Assembly: GCA_963726195.1 (NCBI GenBank)
Contig: CAVSBO010000005.1
Coordinates: forward strand, 160,001 to 224,000
DNA from: Candidatus Thorarchaeota archaeon
GTDB lineage: Archaea > Asgardarchaeota > Thorarchaeia > Thorarchaeales > Thorarchaeaceae
Length of the DNA stretch: 64,000 nt
Direction of reading: 5' to 3'
Each line of letters opens with the position of its first letter. The first letter of the stretch is position 1. Below, piece after piece: positions 31,899-43,107 of this stretch. The position numbers were made by a program, and so were the translations under genes. The notes under the pieces are model-generated. The model ran no database searches. It saw only the letters and a list, made by a program, of their open reading frames with translations, and was not told where the DNA came from.

Positions 31899-33491
31899 AT
31901 GGTATTGGATAATGACCTGCATTCCTCGGATTTCCTTGTCATTGGCAGTGGAATCTCGGGCTTGCTCTTCTCATTGAAGGTGTCAAAGCGCGGCAGTGTG
32001 AACCTCATTACGAAGCGTTCATTGACGGACTCTGCAACATACCTAGCTCAAGGCGGGATTGCATCTGTTGTATCGCCCACAGATTCCTTCGAGAAGCATA
32101 TCGAGGACACGATACGCGCTGGAGCGGGCCTATGCCACCCAGATGTCGTAGATAGCTTCGTCAGAGCGGCTCCACAAGAATCGCTGAGCTGGTGAAGCTA
32201 GGGGTCAAGTTCAACAAAGTAACCGACAGAGACGACTATGACCTAGGTCTAGAAGGTGGACACAGCGCCCGCAGAGTGCTGCACGTGAAGGACCACACGG
32301 GACAAGACATTGAAACCATCTTGGCTCAGAGAGTTCGTGAGGAGCCGAGAATCAAGAAGTGGGAGCACCACATGGCCGTCAACCTCTTTGTCCGGGACGC
32401 CCGAGTCCTCGGCGCTTATGTCTTGAACGTTGAGACGAGCGAGGTGAAGAGGTTTGCCGCGAAAGTGACGATTCTGGCGACTGGCGGAGCGGGGAAGGTA
32501 TTCCTGTACACGAGCAACCCCGAGCATTCGACAGGCGATGGACTAGCCATGGCGTACCGCGCCGGCGCGACGATAACCAACATGGAATTCATTCAGTTTC
32601 ATCCCACTCTCTTGTACCACCCGAAGATTCGTTCATTTCTGATATCAGAAGCATTGAGAGGAGAGGGGGCCGTGTTGCTTGGCCCTGACGGCAAGAGATT
32701 CATGCAGAACTATCATCCGGACGCAGAGCTGGCTCCACGAGACGTGGTCGCACGTGCTATTGACGCTGAGCTGAAACGGACCGGTGCGGAGTTTGTGTAC
32801 CTTGATATCTCATTCAAGGAAGCCGACTTCATCAAGGAGCGATTCCCGGTGATTTACGAAACCTGTCTGAAAGCTGACATAGACATGACGAAGGAACCCA
32901 TCCCGGTGGTTCCCGCCGCCCACTTTGTCTGTGGAGGTATTCGTGCTGACAAGAACGGCCGGTCCGATGTCGATGGTCTCTATGCGATTGGGGAAAATGC
33001 TGGTACAGGGTTCCACGGTGCAAATCGTCTGGCTTCTAACTCGTTGCTTGAGGGTGCCGTTCTGAGCTCATAATGCGTCCAGCGCGGCTTCAGAGGAGGC
33101 TGCAAGGCTTCAGTTGAACACGGACATTCCACCTTGGGATCCTGGACGCGCGACTGATAGTGACGAGCTTGTTGTGATATCGCATATGTGGGATGAGGTC
33201 AGGCGTCTAATGCAGAATTACGTCGGTGTCGTTCGCTCCAACAAAAGGTTGCTTCGAGCCAGGAACAGAATCGAGTTTCTATCAAAGGAAATCAACGAGT
33301 TCTACTGGGACTTTCGTATCACGCCTGACTTGGTTGAGCTCAGAAACATCGCGACAGTGGCAGAGCTCATAATAAGAAGTGCCCGGATGCGAAGAGAAAG
33401 TCGCGGGGCACACTTCAACAAGGACTTTCCCAATCAATCGAATGAGGCAGTAGATACCATAATCAAGAAGGGCTACGCCAGAATAGGATAG
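31899..33491 (+). CDS. nadB: L-aspartate oxidase; frameshifts near 32175 and 33065
   Basis: [56 protein letters not shown]. Confidence 0.93.
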
Positions 33492-33510
33492 TTGGCTCCA
33501 TCAGGCAGAG

Positions 33511-34189
33511 ATGAAGCATTCAATGAGGACGTTCATAACTCTGAGAAGAACAAACCGGCGAGAACTTCCTCCCAAGTTCCAGTCGGATGACAACCGGTAC
33601 GCCGATGAGCTGAGTTGAATACTTTCTCGACAAATACACTCAACCGGGAGAAAAGGTACTCGACATCTTTGCCGGCTATGGCACGACACTTGTCGTTGCT
33701 GAGGACATGGGGCGAGTCCCATTCGGAATAGAGTATGACGAAAGCCGATTCGAGTACATGAAATCCCAAGTTCGCCACAAGGCGAATGTGATTCATGGAG
33801 ATTCATCGAGGCTGTCCTCGTACAAGCTGCCAGTCGTCGACTTCGTCATGACTTCGCCGTACTACATGGCTCAGGACTACGAACTCAACCCTCTTGATTG
33901 TTGCAGAACGGCGGGAGACTATAAGAGTTATCTGAAGGACTTACGTGAAATTTTCGCGCAGCTGATGCAGATTCTAAAGGTGGATGGTCATCTCGTAATA
34001 GAGGCCTCAAATCTGAAGACAAGCGGAGTTACAACATTCGCGTGGGATCTCGCCAAAGAGGTCTCCAGCGTTTTCTACTTCGAGGGAGAGGTTGTCATCG
34101 GATGGGAAGGCGAAGATACGGGCTGCGGAACCTACGGATACGGCTACGATCACAGTTACTGCTTGGTCTTCAGGAACCTAGCTGAATAA
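33511..34189 (+). CDS. Small N4/N6 amino-methyltransferase (DNA methylase / Trm11-like); frameshift near 33612
   Basis: Rejoined reading gives ...VEYFLDKYTQPGEKVLDIFAGYGTTLVVAEDMGR (motif I) followed by FVMTSPYY (motif IV variant). Confidence 0.75.
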
Positions 34190-34220
34190 CGCATGCGGAG
34201 GCGGGGCTCCATTTGAGCAC

Positions 34221-37152
34221 CTACCGACAATCCAAAAGAACAGTCACAATCCTCTTCGGCTGGATGTCAACCTCTAGTGTCTGCGGGTCAATCATCGACA
34301 CCTTCAGCTCTCTGCTTGGAGTCTCGTCTGCTCGTGCCGCAGTTGCCGACTTGACCGGGAATCCCAACCGCATGCGGCATCTTTCTGTCTTGTCGGATAT
34401 GTTCCATAGACGCAGTGCCAGGAATCTGCCGTCCTGTGATTCCTTGAATGCTGAAAGCTTAATCGTGCTCGGTTGAACTGTCAGGTAGCCCTGACTGTAG
34501 ATACCAGCCTTGTCTTCGGATGCAGGCAGGAACTTGGTGATCATTGGCATGAGGTACGACTCAGATTCGCCATAAGCCCCGCCTACAAGCCAGTTCCCCT
34601 TGTGGGGTGTGATTGCATAATCGAACCGATGTTCCCCGGGACACTGTCCTCCCGGAGTTTCAAGGACTGGCCCTGCGGCCTCCGGCCTCGTCAACATCCC
34701 AACTGTCGAGAGCCAACCAACACATCTGAGCAGTGTGACTGCGATATTTCCTCCTCGCTCCTCGAGTATCTCGAACTCCAAGTTCCCTGTTGTGGTGACC
34801 GTCATTCCCCTCTTGTCTGACGCCATCGTGACAAAGTTTCGCATAGGATATGTGGGCGCAACCGGTTGCACCCAGCCCTCAGAGGCTTTCGGCCTGATTG
34901 GTCGTTCGATGACATCGAATGAGCCGTCCGCTTGACATGTTCTCGATCCCGTGTCTGTTGGGAATAGCACACGAAGGCGATGGTCCTCAGCCAGGTTGTT
35001 GAATTCCGTCACCACACGTACAGTGGGGCTACCAGCGTGGAGAGTGACTTCGGTTGTGAAGTCACAGCTGACGCTCTCTTCTGAGCGCTGCACTGTGTCC
35101 GGGGCCATTGATGAGGGCAGCTCCAACTCGCCAGTTATACGGATGGAACCAACGAGAGGACCAGAGGTGACAGGCTCTATTGTACAATCAACGTCTGCAG
35201 ACCCGATGCTACGGTGTACATGTGCTGGACAGTAGTCGTATTCGTCCCCTACGTCCTCGCTGTCCTCGAACTCAAGTAGTCCTTTGTACTCCTCTCCTGT
35301 TCTCTTGTCTAAGAGATTCATTGTTCCATTCTTCAGTATCGTAACTTTGATTTGGTCGTTTTCGATTACGTTACCCGTGCAGCGAACCGCGCCGGGCACT
35401 TTGACTGGAACGTCTTTCTCGGATGCAAAGAGGTCGTACCGCTTCACTCCCAGCCCTTCAACGTTGTCTGCCCAAACTGCAATCTTGACGAACTCCTCAT
35501 CGTCCGCCAATAGCTGCGCCTTGTCGTCTCTGTGCACTTGTGAGCCTACTTCTTGTACCGAGACCGCCTTACCGTGTTCGTCCTTCACCGCCAAGGTGCC
35601 CTTCATCAGATCCTGGGCGTCAAACTTCTTTGCCCAAACCTCTACGACCTCATTCTTCGAATTGACACGAACCCTGTACGCCGTTGACAGATGGCGGAGC
35701 ATGCCTTTGACCTGAGGAAACAACGATAGCAGTCCGCCGAAGTCATACTCGAACTCTGTCAGAGTTCCTGTGCTCGTTTTTATTTCACGGGAGTTGACAG
35801 GCGTTGGATCGAAGCCGTGGTTTTTTACGAATGAAATATGGAGTTCATTCTTGGAAGCGTCAAGTGCGCTCTGAGGTTTGAAAGATGGGTCAAAGAGGCG
35901 GACCTCTGCAAGTCTAGAGTAGCGGAAGTCAGAGATTGGCATTTCCAACACTGCGACGCCTGACCTGCTATAGGGCAGGGAATTGTAGACGACAAGCCCC
36001 GGCGTGGATGTCTGGCATTTTGATGCAATTGTGTCAAGGGCTCTGTCGAGCACCGTTTCACCGATTTCTGTTATCCAACGGAATCTCTGCATCATGTCCT
36101 CGTGGACCTGATCAATGCTGCAGCCGCATATGTCGTCATGAGGATGATTCTTGAGCAGGTACTTCCACGCTAGTGTAATCTCCTCGAGTGGGTAATCCGC
36201 ACGTAGCACAGAGGCCGCGCTGCTCCATGGCTCCACCCATCTCTCAAGCAATCGCTGGCACCGATCATTTGCTTGTTTGAGGTAGACTCTTGATGAATAC
36301 ACACCCGATAGAAGATTCTGATGCTTGGAGCGTCGGAACTCCCCGCGGAAACTCTTGAGTTCATTCTTGTGCTTACGCATCTGTTCTACAAACTGCGGGA
36401 AGAGTTCCTAACACTATCTTGCGCTCGTGTGCAGCATTGTACGCTGCAATAACCTTTGGAAGATGCGGCTGGGCTTCGAGGTGGTCAGAACCGTTCATCA
36501 ACAGACATAGCCCGATTCTGGACCATGGACGCAGTTTTTCCATCACCTGTTCGATGGTTGATACTGCATCTTCTATTTCGTCGGGCAGTCCGGCTATGTT
36601 GCCATAAGAGAGCGGTAGCCAGTGAGCCAGCACGCGGCTTCCATCGGAGCTTTCCCAAACGAATTCGGAACCGAGATTATCTGTTTCATCCCCGGTGCCC
36701 CGAGCGAAAATCACAGAATCATAACCAAACTGGGATAGAATCTGCGGCAGTTGGCTAATCTGCCCGAAGGGGTCTGGAATGTAACCTACATCAGTGACTT
36801 TTCCAAACTGTCGTGCTATCTGACCGCCAACCATGAGGTTTCTTATCAATGCCTCCCCCGAGACAAGGAACACGTCTGGGAGAACGTACCATGGTCCGAC
36901 CCCAATTCTGTCCTCTCGAACTAGCTTCTCAAGCTCGGTTCTTTTGTCCGGCTTGACTTCGAGATAGTCCTCCAGTACTACTGTTTGGCCGTCAAATGTG
37001 AAATGGGTGAAGTCAGGGTCTGTTTCCAGTAGTTGTAACAGATTGTCGACGAGCTTCACCAGTTTCAGTCGGAACTGCTGGAATGTTAGATACCATGCGC
37101 GGTCCCAGTGTGTTTCGCTAATGACGATTGCTTCGAGTTCGTCGGGTGCCAA
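34221..37152 (-). CDS. GH38 alpha-mannosidase-like protein; frameshift near 36398
   Basis: ETHWDRAWY, VGPWYVLPD, YIPDPFG, NGSDH, HPHDDICGCSID, TLLRCVG. Confidence 0.9.
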
Positions 37153-37217
37153 TACTCTGCAGCTCCACTCAGCTAGGTAAGCACTTCTGCTAAGAAGGGA
37201 GATATGAATAGCTACCT

Positions 37218-38390
37218 TCATCGAGTTCCGTACTCAGACTCTGTTATGACTCCTCCGGGTATACGACAGGGAAGGACTCTGGGAATCACGCCAGTCTCCT
37301 TCTCATAGGCAGATGCTATCGAACGAGTGAACGAGTCAACGTGCTTCGTCGCGACGACGCTGATGACTGCGCCTCCGAATCCAGCACCGGTCATCCTGCT
37401 GCCTAGGACTCCTTTCAGTTTGCGTGCGGTCTCTACAAGGAAATCCAGCCGGGGATGCGATACTTCGTACAGATCACGTGAGCTCTTGTGTGACTGGTAC
37501 ATTATCTGGCCAAAATCCTTGATTCTCCCGTCTCTGAGGGCCTGTATTCCTAAAAACACGCGTTGGTTTTCCAACACTACATGATGCACCCGTTTTGCCA
37601 ACCTATCTTCCAGCAGACTATCCGAGTCCGCGAGTTGCTCCGGGCGTATCTCGCTCAGATTTGAGATGCTCCACCCTGCATCTCTGAGCATCTTGAGGGC
37701 GGTCTGGCATTCAGACATTCTCTGGTTCAAGGCCTCACCTGCGGCTCTCGAGACCATAGAGTCCGTAATCACGAGACTAGCATCAGCGTTGAATGGCATA
37801 TCCTCCGTCACATACGTGGAGCAGTATATGGCGAGGAGCGAATCAGGTTTTCCAAGCTGAGCTGTGAACTGGTCCATTATTCCGCAAGATACTCCGCAAT
37901 AGAGTCGTTCTGCATCGAAGGCAACGAGGGCTATTTCCTTTGGGAGTAGACTGAGATGGCTGAGATTCACAAGGGCATTTGCTACTGATACCTCAAGTGC
38001 CGCAGAAGAGCTCAGCCCCGCACCCTGTGGAACGTCTCCGTGGATTGCAGCATCGATTCCAATCACCTCAAGTCCCCGCCTTTCAAGTGCCCAATACACT
38101 CCCTTCACGTAGTCATACCATCTTCTCGACCCCGATGGAAGCAGACCCTTTGAAGAGAAAGATGTCGACTGGTCATAGTCGATAGAATGAATTCTCACGT
38201 CATTTGATGTACCTGCGACAGTCCAAACGTGCCTGTCTATCGTTGCAGAGAGTACCATTCCGCCGTTGTAGTCAGTATGGTTTCCGAGTACTTCCACTCT
38301 CCCCGGGGCACAGGAAATCACTACTCGGGCCTTTCCACCGTTGCTGATTCTTTCGAGGTGTGCTTTCATGCAGTCGGGTGTGGATATCAT
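37218..38390 (-). CDS. galK: Galactokinase
   Basis: APGRVEVLGNHTDYNGG, GAGLSSSAA, CGIMDQ, RMTGAGFGG. Confidence 0.92.
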   Translation of the reverse strand: MISTPDCMKAHLERISNGGKARVVISCAPGRVEVLGNHTDYNGGMVLSATIDRHVWTVAGTSNDVRIHSIDYDQSTSFSSKGLLPSGSRRWYDYVKGVYWALERRGLEVIGIDAAIHGDVPQGAGLSSSAALEVSVANALVNLSHLSLLPKEIALVAFDAERLYCGVSCGIMDQFTAQLGKPDSLLAIYCSTYVTEDMPFNADASLVITDSMVSRAAGEALNQRMSECQTALKMLRDAGWSISNLSEIRPEQLADSDSLLEDRLAKRVHHVVLENQRVFLGIQALRDGRIKDFGQIMYQSHKSSRDLYEVSHPRLDFLVETARKLKGVLGSRMTGAGFGGAVISVVATKHVDSFTRSIASAYEKETGVIPRVLPCRIPGGVITESEYGTR

Positions 38391-39328
38391 TTGAGGGCAT
38401 CCCTCAGTTCAGATGCTTTCTCCTCCGGCGTAGAATCGTTGGTGTAGGTCCAGGAACCGGTCTCTATGCCGGCAAGGTACTTGATCTGTGCCCTGCTGCG
38501 CCAAGGTGGATACATCTCGATGTGGAAATGCCAATAGGGGTGTTCTCCCCGAGAGGGACGTGTATGAAATGCCATCACGTAAGCAACCTCATCGAACACC
38601 ACTGAGTACCGTTTGACAACATCCTTCACGACCTGCCCCAGTTCGGTCAAGTTTGCCTCGAGTTCAGCTAAACTCGCAACATGCGCCCTTGGACAGATAT
38701 GGACTTCGTATGGTAGTCTGGCCGCATATGGCACGAAAGATACGAAGTTCTCGGTCTCGTTGAGTATTCTCTTCCCGTACTTGATTTCCCCATGGAGGGT
38801 CTCGCACACAAGGCACGAATCGTCGTTCTCCCACACGCTTCTGAATTGTTCAATCTCCTTCTCAATGCGTGGCGGCACAAACGGCAGTGCATAAACCTGA
38901 GCGTGAGGATGGTCCAAGCTCACGCCAATTGCTCTGCCTCTGTTCTCGAATTCCATTACGTATTCGATGCCCTTTTGTCGATCCAACTCGTTGAACACCC
39001 TGAGGTACTCTCTGAACACGATGCCTAGCTGCTTGTCGTCCATGCTTTCGATCTGTTTGTCATGATCACGGGATAGCAGAATTACCTTGCAGAAGCCGTA
39101 CGCAGGCGCTCCAATAACCACGCCCGGATGAAGGCTCACTGGGCCGCCGTCAGGGCTCAATGCAGGGAATTTGTTGTCAATAGTGAGTACATCCCATTGA
39201 CGGGTTGTGTCATGCTTGCCAGGACAAAAAGGACACTCTCCACCCTTCTCCTGAAAAGGTCTCGCCGCCCTCTTGGGCGTGACAATGATCCATTCGCCAA
39301 GCATGGAGTTCCAGCGGAGTTCGCTCAT
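38387..39328 (-). CDS. galT: Galactose-1-phosphate uridylyltransferase
   Basis: CPFCPG, NKFPAL, FENRG, SLDHPHAQ (HPHxQ), HFHIE. Confidence 0.93.
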   Translation of the reverse strand: MSELRWNSMLGEWIIVTPKRAARPFQEKGGECPFCPGKHDTTRQWDVLTIDNKFPALSPDGGPVSLHPGVVIGAPAYGFCKVILLSRDHDKQIESMDDKQLGIVFREYLRVFNELDRQKGIEYVMEFENRGRAIGVSLDHPHAQVYALPFVPPRIEKEIEQFRSVWENDDSCLVCETLHGEIKYGKRILNETENFVSFVPYAARLPYEVHICPRAHVASLAELEANLTELGQVVKDVVKRYSVVFDEVAYVMAFHTRPSRGEHPYWHFHIEMYPPWRSRAQIKYLAGIETGSWTYTNDSTPEEKASELRDALK

Positions 39329-39444
39329 TAGTGATTCATCATTGGCAGAATGGAAGTGACTAGTTGATTAACGTGACGCACAGGCGCTCAGATATCGGCT
39401 GCTATATATGGAGAACCACATGCGGCGCAAGTGAGTGTTGCCCC

Positions 39445-40209
39445 ATGAACGCGCACAGGAGAATCTCCGAATTGGAAGAGGTGTCTTCCAACGGATGGCC
39501 TGCTCGCGAAATTGACCACATTGGGGGCTGGAAACTCAGAGCAAACGATGGGATTACGCGCAGAGCAAATAGTGTTCTCCCGTTGGGTAATCCAAAGATG
39601 CGCCTCGACGATGCGATAGATGCTGTTGAACGATTCTATAGCGAACGAGGAATTGAACCAAGATTCCAAATGACCGAGGCCAGTGTTCCTAAGAACCTAG
39701 ACGCAAGACTGGTCGAGCGATTTTACTTCACAGATATCACCGTAAGAGTTCAGACAACCCCGATTCAGAACCTAGCTACAATCAAGGCTTCCCACAGCAT
39801 CGAGATAAGCGGAGAATTGACCTCCGACTGGCTGATGACCTATGCCGCGGCAGGACAGTATGACGAAAAGGCAATCGAGAGCCGAAGAGGCATACTTGAG
39901 CGGATCAGCGCACAGCGGGCTTTCGCACTGTGTAGAGAGTCCGACAGAGTTGTGGGAGTGGGCTTGGGGGTAGTGGAGCATGGATGGGTGGGTCTCTTTG
40001 CAATTGAAACTCTGTCCACTCATCGACGCCTCGGTGTTGCCACATCAGTCATTCATTCTCTAGCAGTATGGGGAAAAGAGCAAGACGCGCGCGACGCGTA
40101 CTTGCAGGTAGAAGCGAAGAACGAGCCGGCCCTTGCGCTCTATGAGAGAATCGGATTCAAAGATGTGTACCAATACTGGAGCCGAACGGGAACCACGAAA
40201 GGCCCTTAG
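39445..40209 (+). CDS. GNAT family N-acetyltransferase
   Basis: GITRRANSV, HRRLGVA, AYLQVEAKNEPALALYERIGF. Confidence 0.9.
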   Translation: MNAHRRISELEEVSSNGWPAREIDHIGGWKLRANDGITRRANSVLPLGNPKMRLDDAIDAVERFYSERGIEPRFQMTEASVPKNLDARLVERFYFTDITVRVQTTPIQNLATIKASHSIEISGELTSDWLMTYAAAGQYDEKAIESRRGILERISAQRAFALCRESDRVVGVGLGVVEHGWVGLFAIETLSTHRRLGVATSVIHSLAVWGKEQDARDAYLQVEAKNEPALALYERIGFKDVYQYWSRTGTTKGP

Positions 40210-40327
40210 GGATGTCTCATGTCTTCGGTCCTTTCTCTGTGAGTTCGAGAATGACAAAAGACTTCTGGGCCGGGATTATTCATCTCGGCCCTAGATTTGA
40301 TTACAAGTACTGTGAGAAGAACTGAAT

Positions 40328-41101
40328 CTACCTGCTGGTCAAAGACTCGTATTCAGCCCTTATTCGTGCAGCGGCTTCCGATCCTCCGAAGTCTGGTGGC
40401 GTGACTCTGACCGTACTACCATCGACCACTGCCTCGAACACAACAACACCTGGTGCTTCAATCTTGATACCGAGTTTGCCGTCTCGAATGAATCTCTCAG
40501 TGTAAACAACGTCTGCATGCTTCACTGCAGAAAGAAGCAGGAAGGCCAGCTTCTGTTCGACGTTTCTGTCGAGTTTCTGCGATGCTGACTGAGACTTGGA
40601 AACTGCAGGAGCTGCCGCGGGTCTCATTGGAGGCGGAGCCGGCTTCGTTGGCTGGGGTCTTGGTGATGGAGCTACGGTCTCGGCGGTCAACGTCGGCGGC
40701 CCTTCGGTCCTGCGAGTCAAAGGCGCTCCTCCAGTCGGCATCCGACTTTCATCGAATGCTAGGATTTCATCCTCGAAACTCCACCTTGATCTCATGGCAT
40801 TTCTGAAATTGGACATGGAGGCTGCAACTTCGGGGTCTGAGTCGTTCTTTTCATTCATCTCCACAACGCGCGACATCGCCATCCCAACAGTGGTGTTTCC
40901 CACCTTGTGTCCCGATTTCTGGACGCTCTTCCCCATTCGTATCGCGTGCATCCTGGTCGGCATGGCCACATTACGGCCGATCCAAACCCAGCATGTGTCA
41001 TTATACTCATCGAGCACTATGACTGCGTCGTCGCTAGTTACAAGATTGGGATCAAACTTGACTGCCTTGATTTCCCCCGAATTGTCTAGTAGCATAAGCA
41101 T
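40328..41101 (-). CDS. Gelsolin/villin-like domain protein with Pro-rich linker
   Basis: LVTSDDAVIVLDEYNDTCWVWIGRN matches the gelsolin-repeat core L.s.D.fiLD....iyvW.G; the start may be at 41134. Confidence 0.65.
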   Translation of the reverse strand: MLMLLDNSGEIKAVKFDPNLVTSDDAVIVLDEYNDTCWVWIGRNVAMPTRMHAIRMGKSVQKSGHKVGNTTVGMAMSRVVEMNEKNDSDPEVAASMSNFRNAMRSRWSFEDEILAFDESRMPTGGAPLTRRTEGPPTLTAETVAPSPRPQPTKPAPPPMRPAAAPAVSKSQSASQKLDRNVEQKLAFLLLSAVKHADVVYTERFIRDGKLGIKIEAPGVVVFEAVVDGSTVRVTPPDFGGSEAAARIRAEYESLTSR

Positions 41102-41248
41102 GAAGGGTTTTCGCGATAGAGTTTTCCCGGGAATCCCTGTTACCTCCTTGGGGTTGGTCCCTTTATGTCGTCTGCCTCTCGGTTTCTTTTAACCGATTCT
41201 CGGACATACTCTTGCGAAACTCATGCGCATGCAGACATCGAACAATAC

Positions 41249-41515
41249 TCAAGATGCAAGGCTAGAAGATGTGAGGTCGAGTTCAGGGTCGATGACCAGA
41301 AGTGATTGCGTTTCAGAAAGACCTTTGATTCTCCTGATGCGCCCGGTTATTATTTCCACAAGTGCCTCTATGTCTCTGCCGCGGACTTCAGCCACGATAT
41401 CATACGGGCCGAACACTTTGTGCGCCTCTTCAACAATCGAGAGGCTGAGGATATTCCTTAGGACTTCGTCCTCTGCTCCGCTTGCAGTCTTGATCAGAAT
41501 GTAGGCCTTGACCAT
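41249..41515 (-). CDS. Lrp/AsnC ligand-binding (RAM) domain protein
   Basis: KAYILIKT..G.E, VFGPYDIVAEV, IRRIKGLSETQSL. Confidence 0.9.
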   Translation of the reverse strand: MVKAYILIKTASGAEDEVLRNILSLSIVEEAHKVFGPYDIVAEVRGRDIEALVEIITGRIRRIKGLSETQSLLVIDPELDLTSSSLAS

Positions 41516-41807
41516 CTTGGCGCACCACCAACAGGTTGATGCGGTCCGAGGCCGTAGATAACTCTTGCTGCTTTTTGAACGAAGAGATGCTTCTCATCGA
41601 TTCTCTTGCTGCTTCTCTCGGCCGTGAAGGAATCTTGCCTCAGAAGGTTTGGCATGTCTTTCGATTCGCTCTGCGAACACCAAAACCTGAGGCTTTTGCT
41701 CTTAGCACATGCTCTGATGTCTTCGTGTTGCCCACTCAGAGCTGGGGACTACGTTCAGTCCCAGCAGCTCTAGGCCCAGGCTCCAAAAGGAAACCTACAC
41801 AAGCGCT

Positions 41808-41939
41808 TTACTTCATCACAAGTCTGGGACACTTCTCGCGCTTGGGCACATAGTCACAGGGCTTGTTCATCCCCTGATAGAACTTGAAGCCATCCACCTT
41901 GCACTTGTTGTCTGCTTTGACATACTCAGGACATGTCAT
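41808..41939 (-). CDS. Small 43-aa four-cysteine protein
   Basis: MTCPEY...C...C...CP with an upstream GGAG and an AT-rich promoter-like stretch near 42030. Confidence 0.5.
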   Translation of the reverse strand: MTCPEYVKADNKCKVDGFKFYQGMNKPCDYVPKREKCPRLVMK

Positions 41940-42165
41940 CGGTCCATTCTCCGGCTCTTGTATCGACCAAGCCCCACTGCCTATTTCAGGAGCAGGGCTC
42001 GGACTTAGAGGATTTTCCCAGACAGTACATATTAACATATTCTGTTGGTTGCCGCTACTCCCTCGAGCTAGAGAAACTGTGCACCTGTGACACCAACTCC
42101 CTGATGGAGTCGCCGTTTGGAGTCAGGGCGGTAAAATCACAATGCCGTTGTCATCGAGTCCGAAC

Positions 42166-43107
42166 TCACGCGATGCCGCACTTCTTCTTCAGCCGTTCCC
42201 AGTCAGCAGTAACCTGCTCCTGGACTTGCTTTCTGAAACCCTCCCATTGAGGACTGAAGAGATGCTTGAATTGTCCTTGCAGCTTCATATACTCGTCCAC
42301 AGGCTTGAGCTCGGTGAGATTCTTGCTGGGCGCTGACATAATGTATTCTTCGCCGTTTATTATCTCATACAATGGGTGTATGCCCGTCTCTACAGCGAGC
42401 TTTGCGAGTTCCATGGTCTTGGATGACTCTGATCTCCATCCTCTTGGGCATGGCGAGAATGCATGAATGAATGCTGGTCCCTCGACTTCCAACGCCTTTC
42501 GGAACTTGGTAATGAAGTCACGGTAGTGGAACGGATCGACGGTGGCAACATACGGTATCTTGTGGGCTGCTACGATTTCGGCTATCGGTTTCTTGCGCTC
42601 CCTCTTTCCGGGTTCGGCCTTTCCCGCCCATGACGTTGTCGTCTCCTGTCCAGTAATTGTGGCACCCGACCTCTGAATGCCGGTGTTCTGGTATGCACCG
42701 TTGTCATAGCACATATAGACGAAGTCGTGTCCGCGTTCGAGTGCGCCGCTGAGTGAGCCAAAGCCTATGTCGAAGGTGCTACCATCTCCCCCGATGGCGA
42801 TAACATCAACATGCTCATGCTTGTAGCGTCCCTTTTCCTTCATTGCGTTGATGCCCTCAACAATGCCTGCTGCAACCGCTGCAACGTTCTCGAATGCCAC
42901 ATGTATCCATGGGACTTTCCAAGCCGTATACGGATAGATAGTGGTCGCTACCTCAAGACAGCCAGTTGCGTTGCAAATGATGGTTGGGCCTCTCAGGGCG
43001 AACCCCATCAGCTTGATTACGGGCGGAGCTCCACACCCCGCACACATTCGGTGGCCAGAGCTAAGAATCTCTGGTGCCTGAAGCATGTCCTTGAGTTTCA
43101 CTGACAT
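42166..43107 (-). CDS. porB: Pyruvate/2-oxoacid:ferredoxin oxidoreductase beta subunit
   Basis: GHRMCAGCG, ATGCLEV, GGDG, YDNGAYQNTGIQRS, SPCPRGW. Confidence 0.93.
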   Translation of the reverse strand: MSVKLKDMLQAPEILSSGHRMCAGCGAPPVIKLMGFALRGPTIICNATGCLEVATTIYPYTAWKVPWIHVAFENVAAVAAGIVEGINAMKEKGRYKHEHVDVIAIGGDGSTFDIGFGSLSGALERGHDFVYMCYDNGAYQNTGIQRSGATITGQETTTSWAGKAEPGKRERKKPIAEIVAAHKIPYVATVDPFHYRDFITKFRKALEVEGPAFIHAFSPCPRGWRSESSKTMELAKLAVETGIHPLYEIINGEEYIMSAPSKNLTELKPVDEYMKLQGQFKHLFSPQWEGFRKQVQEQVTADWERLKKKCGIA

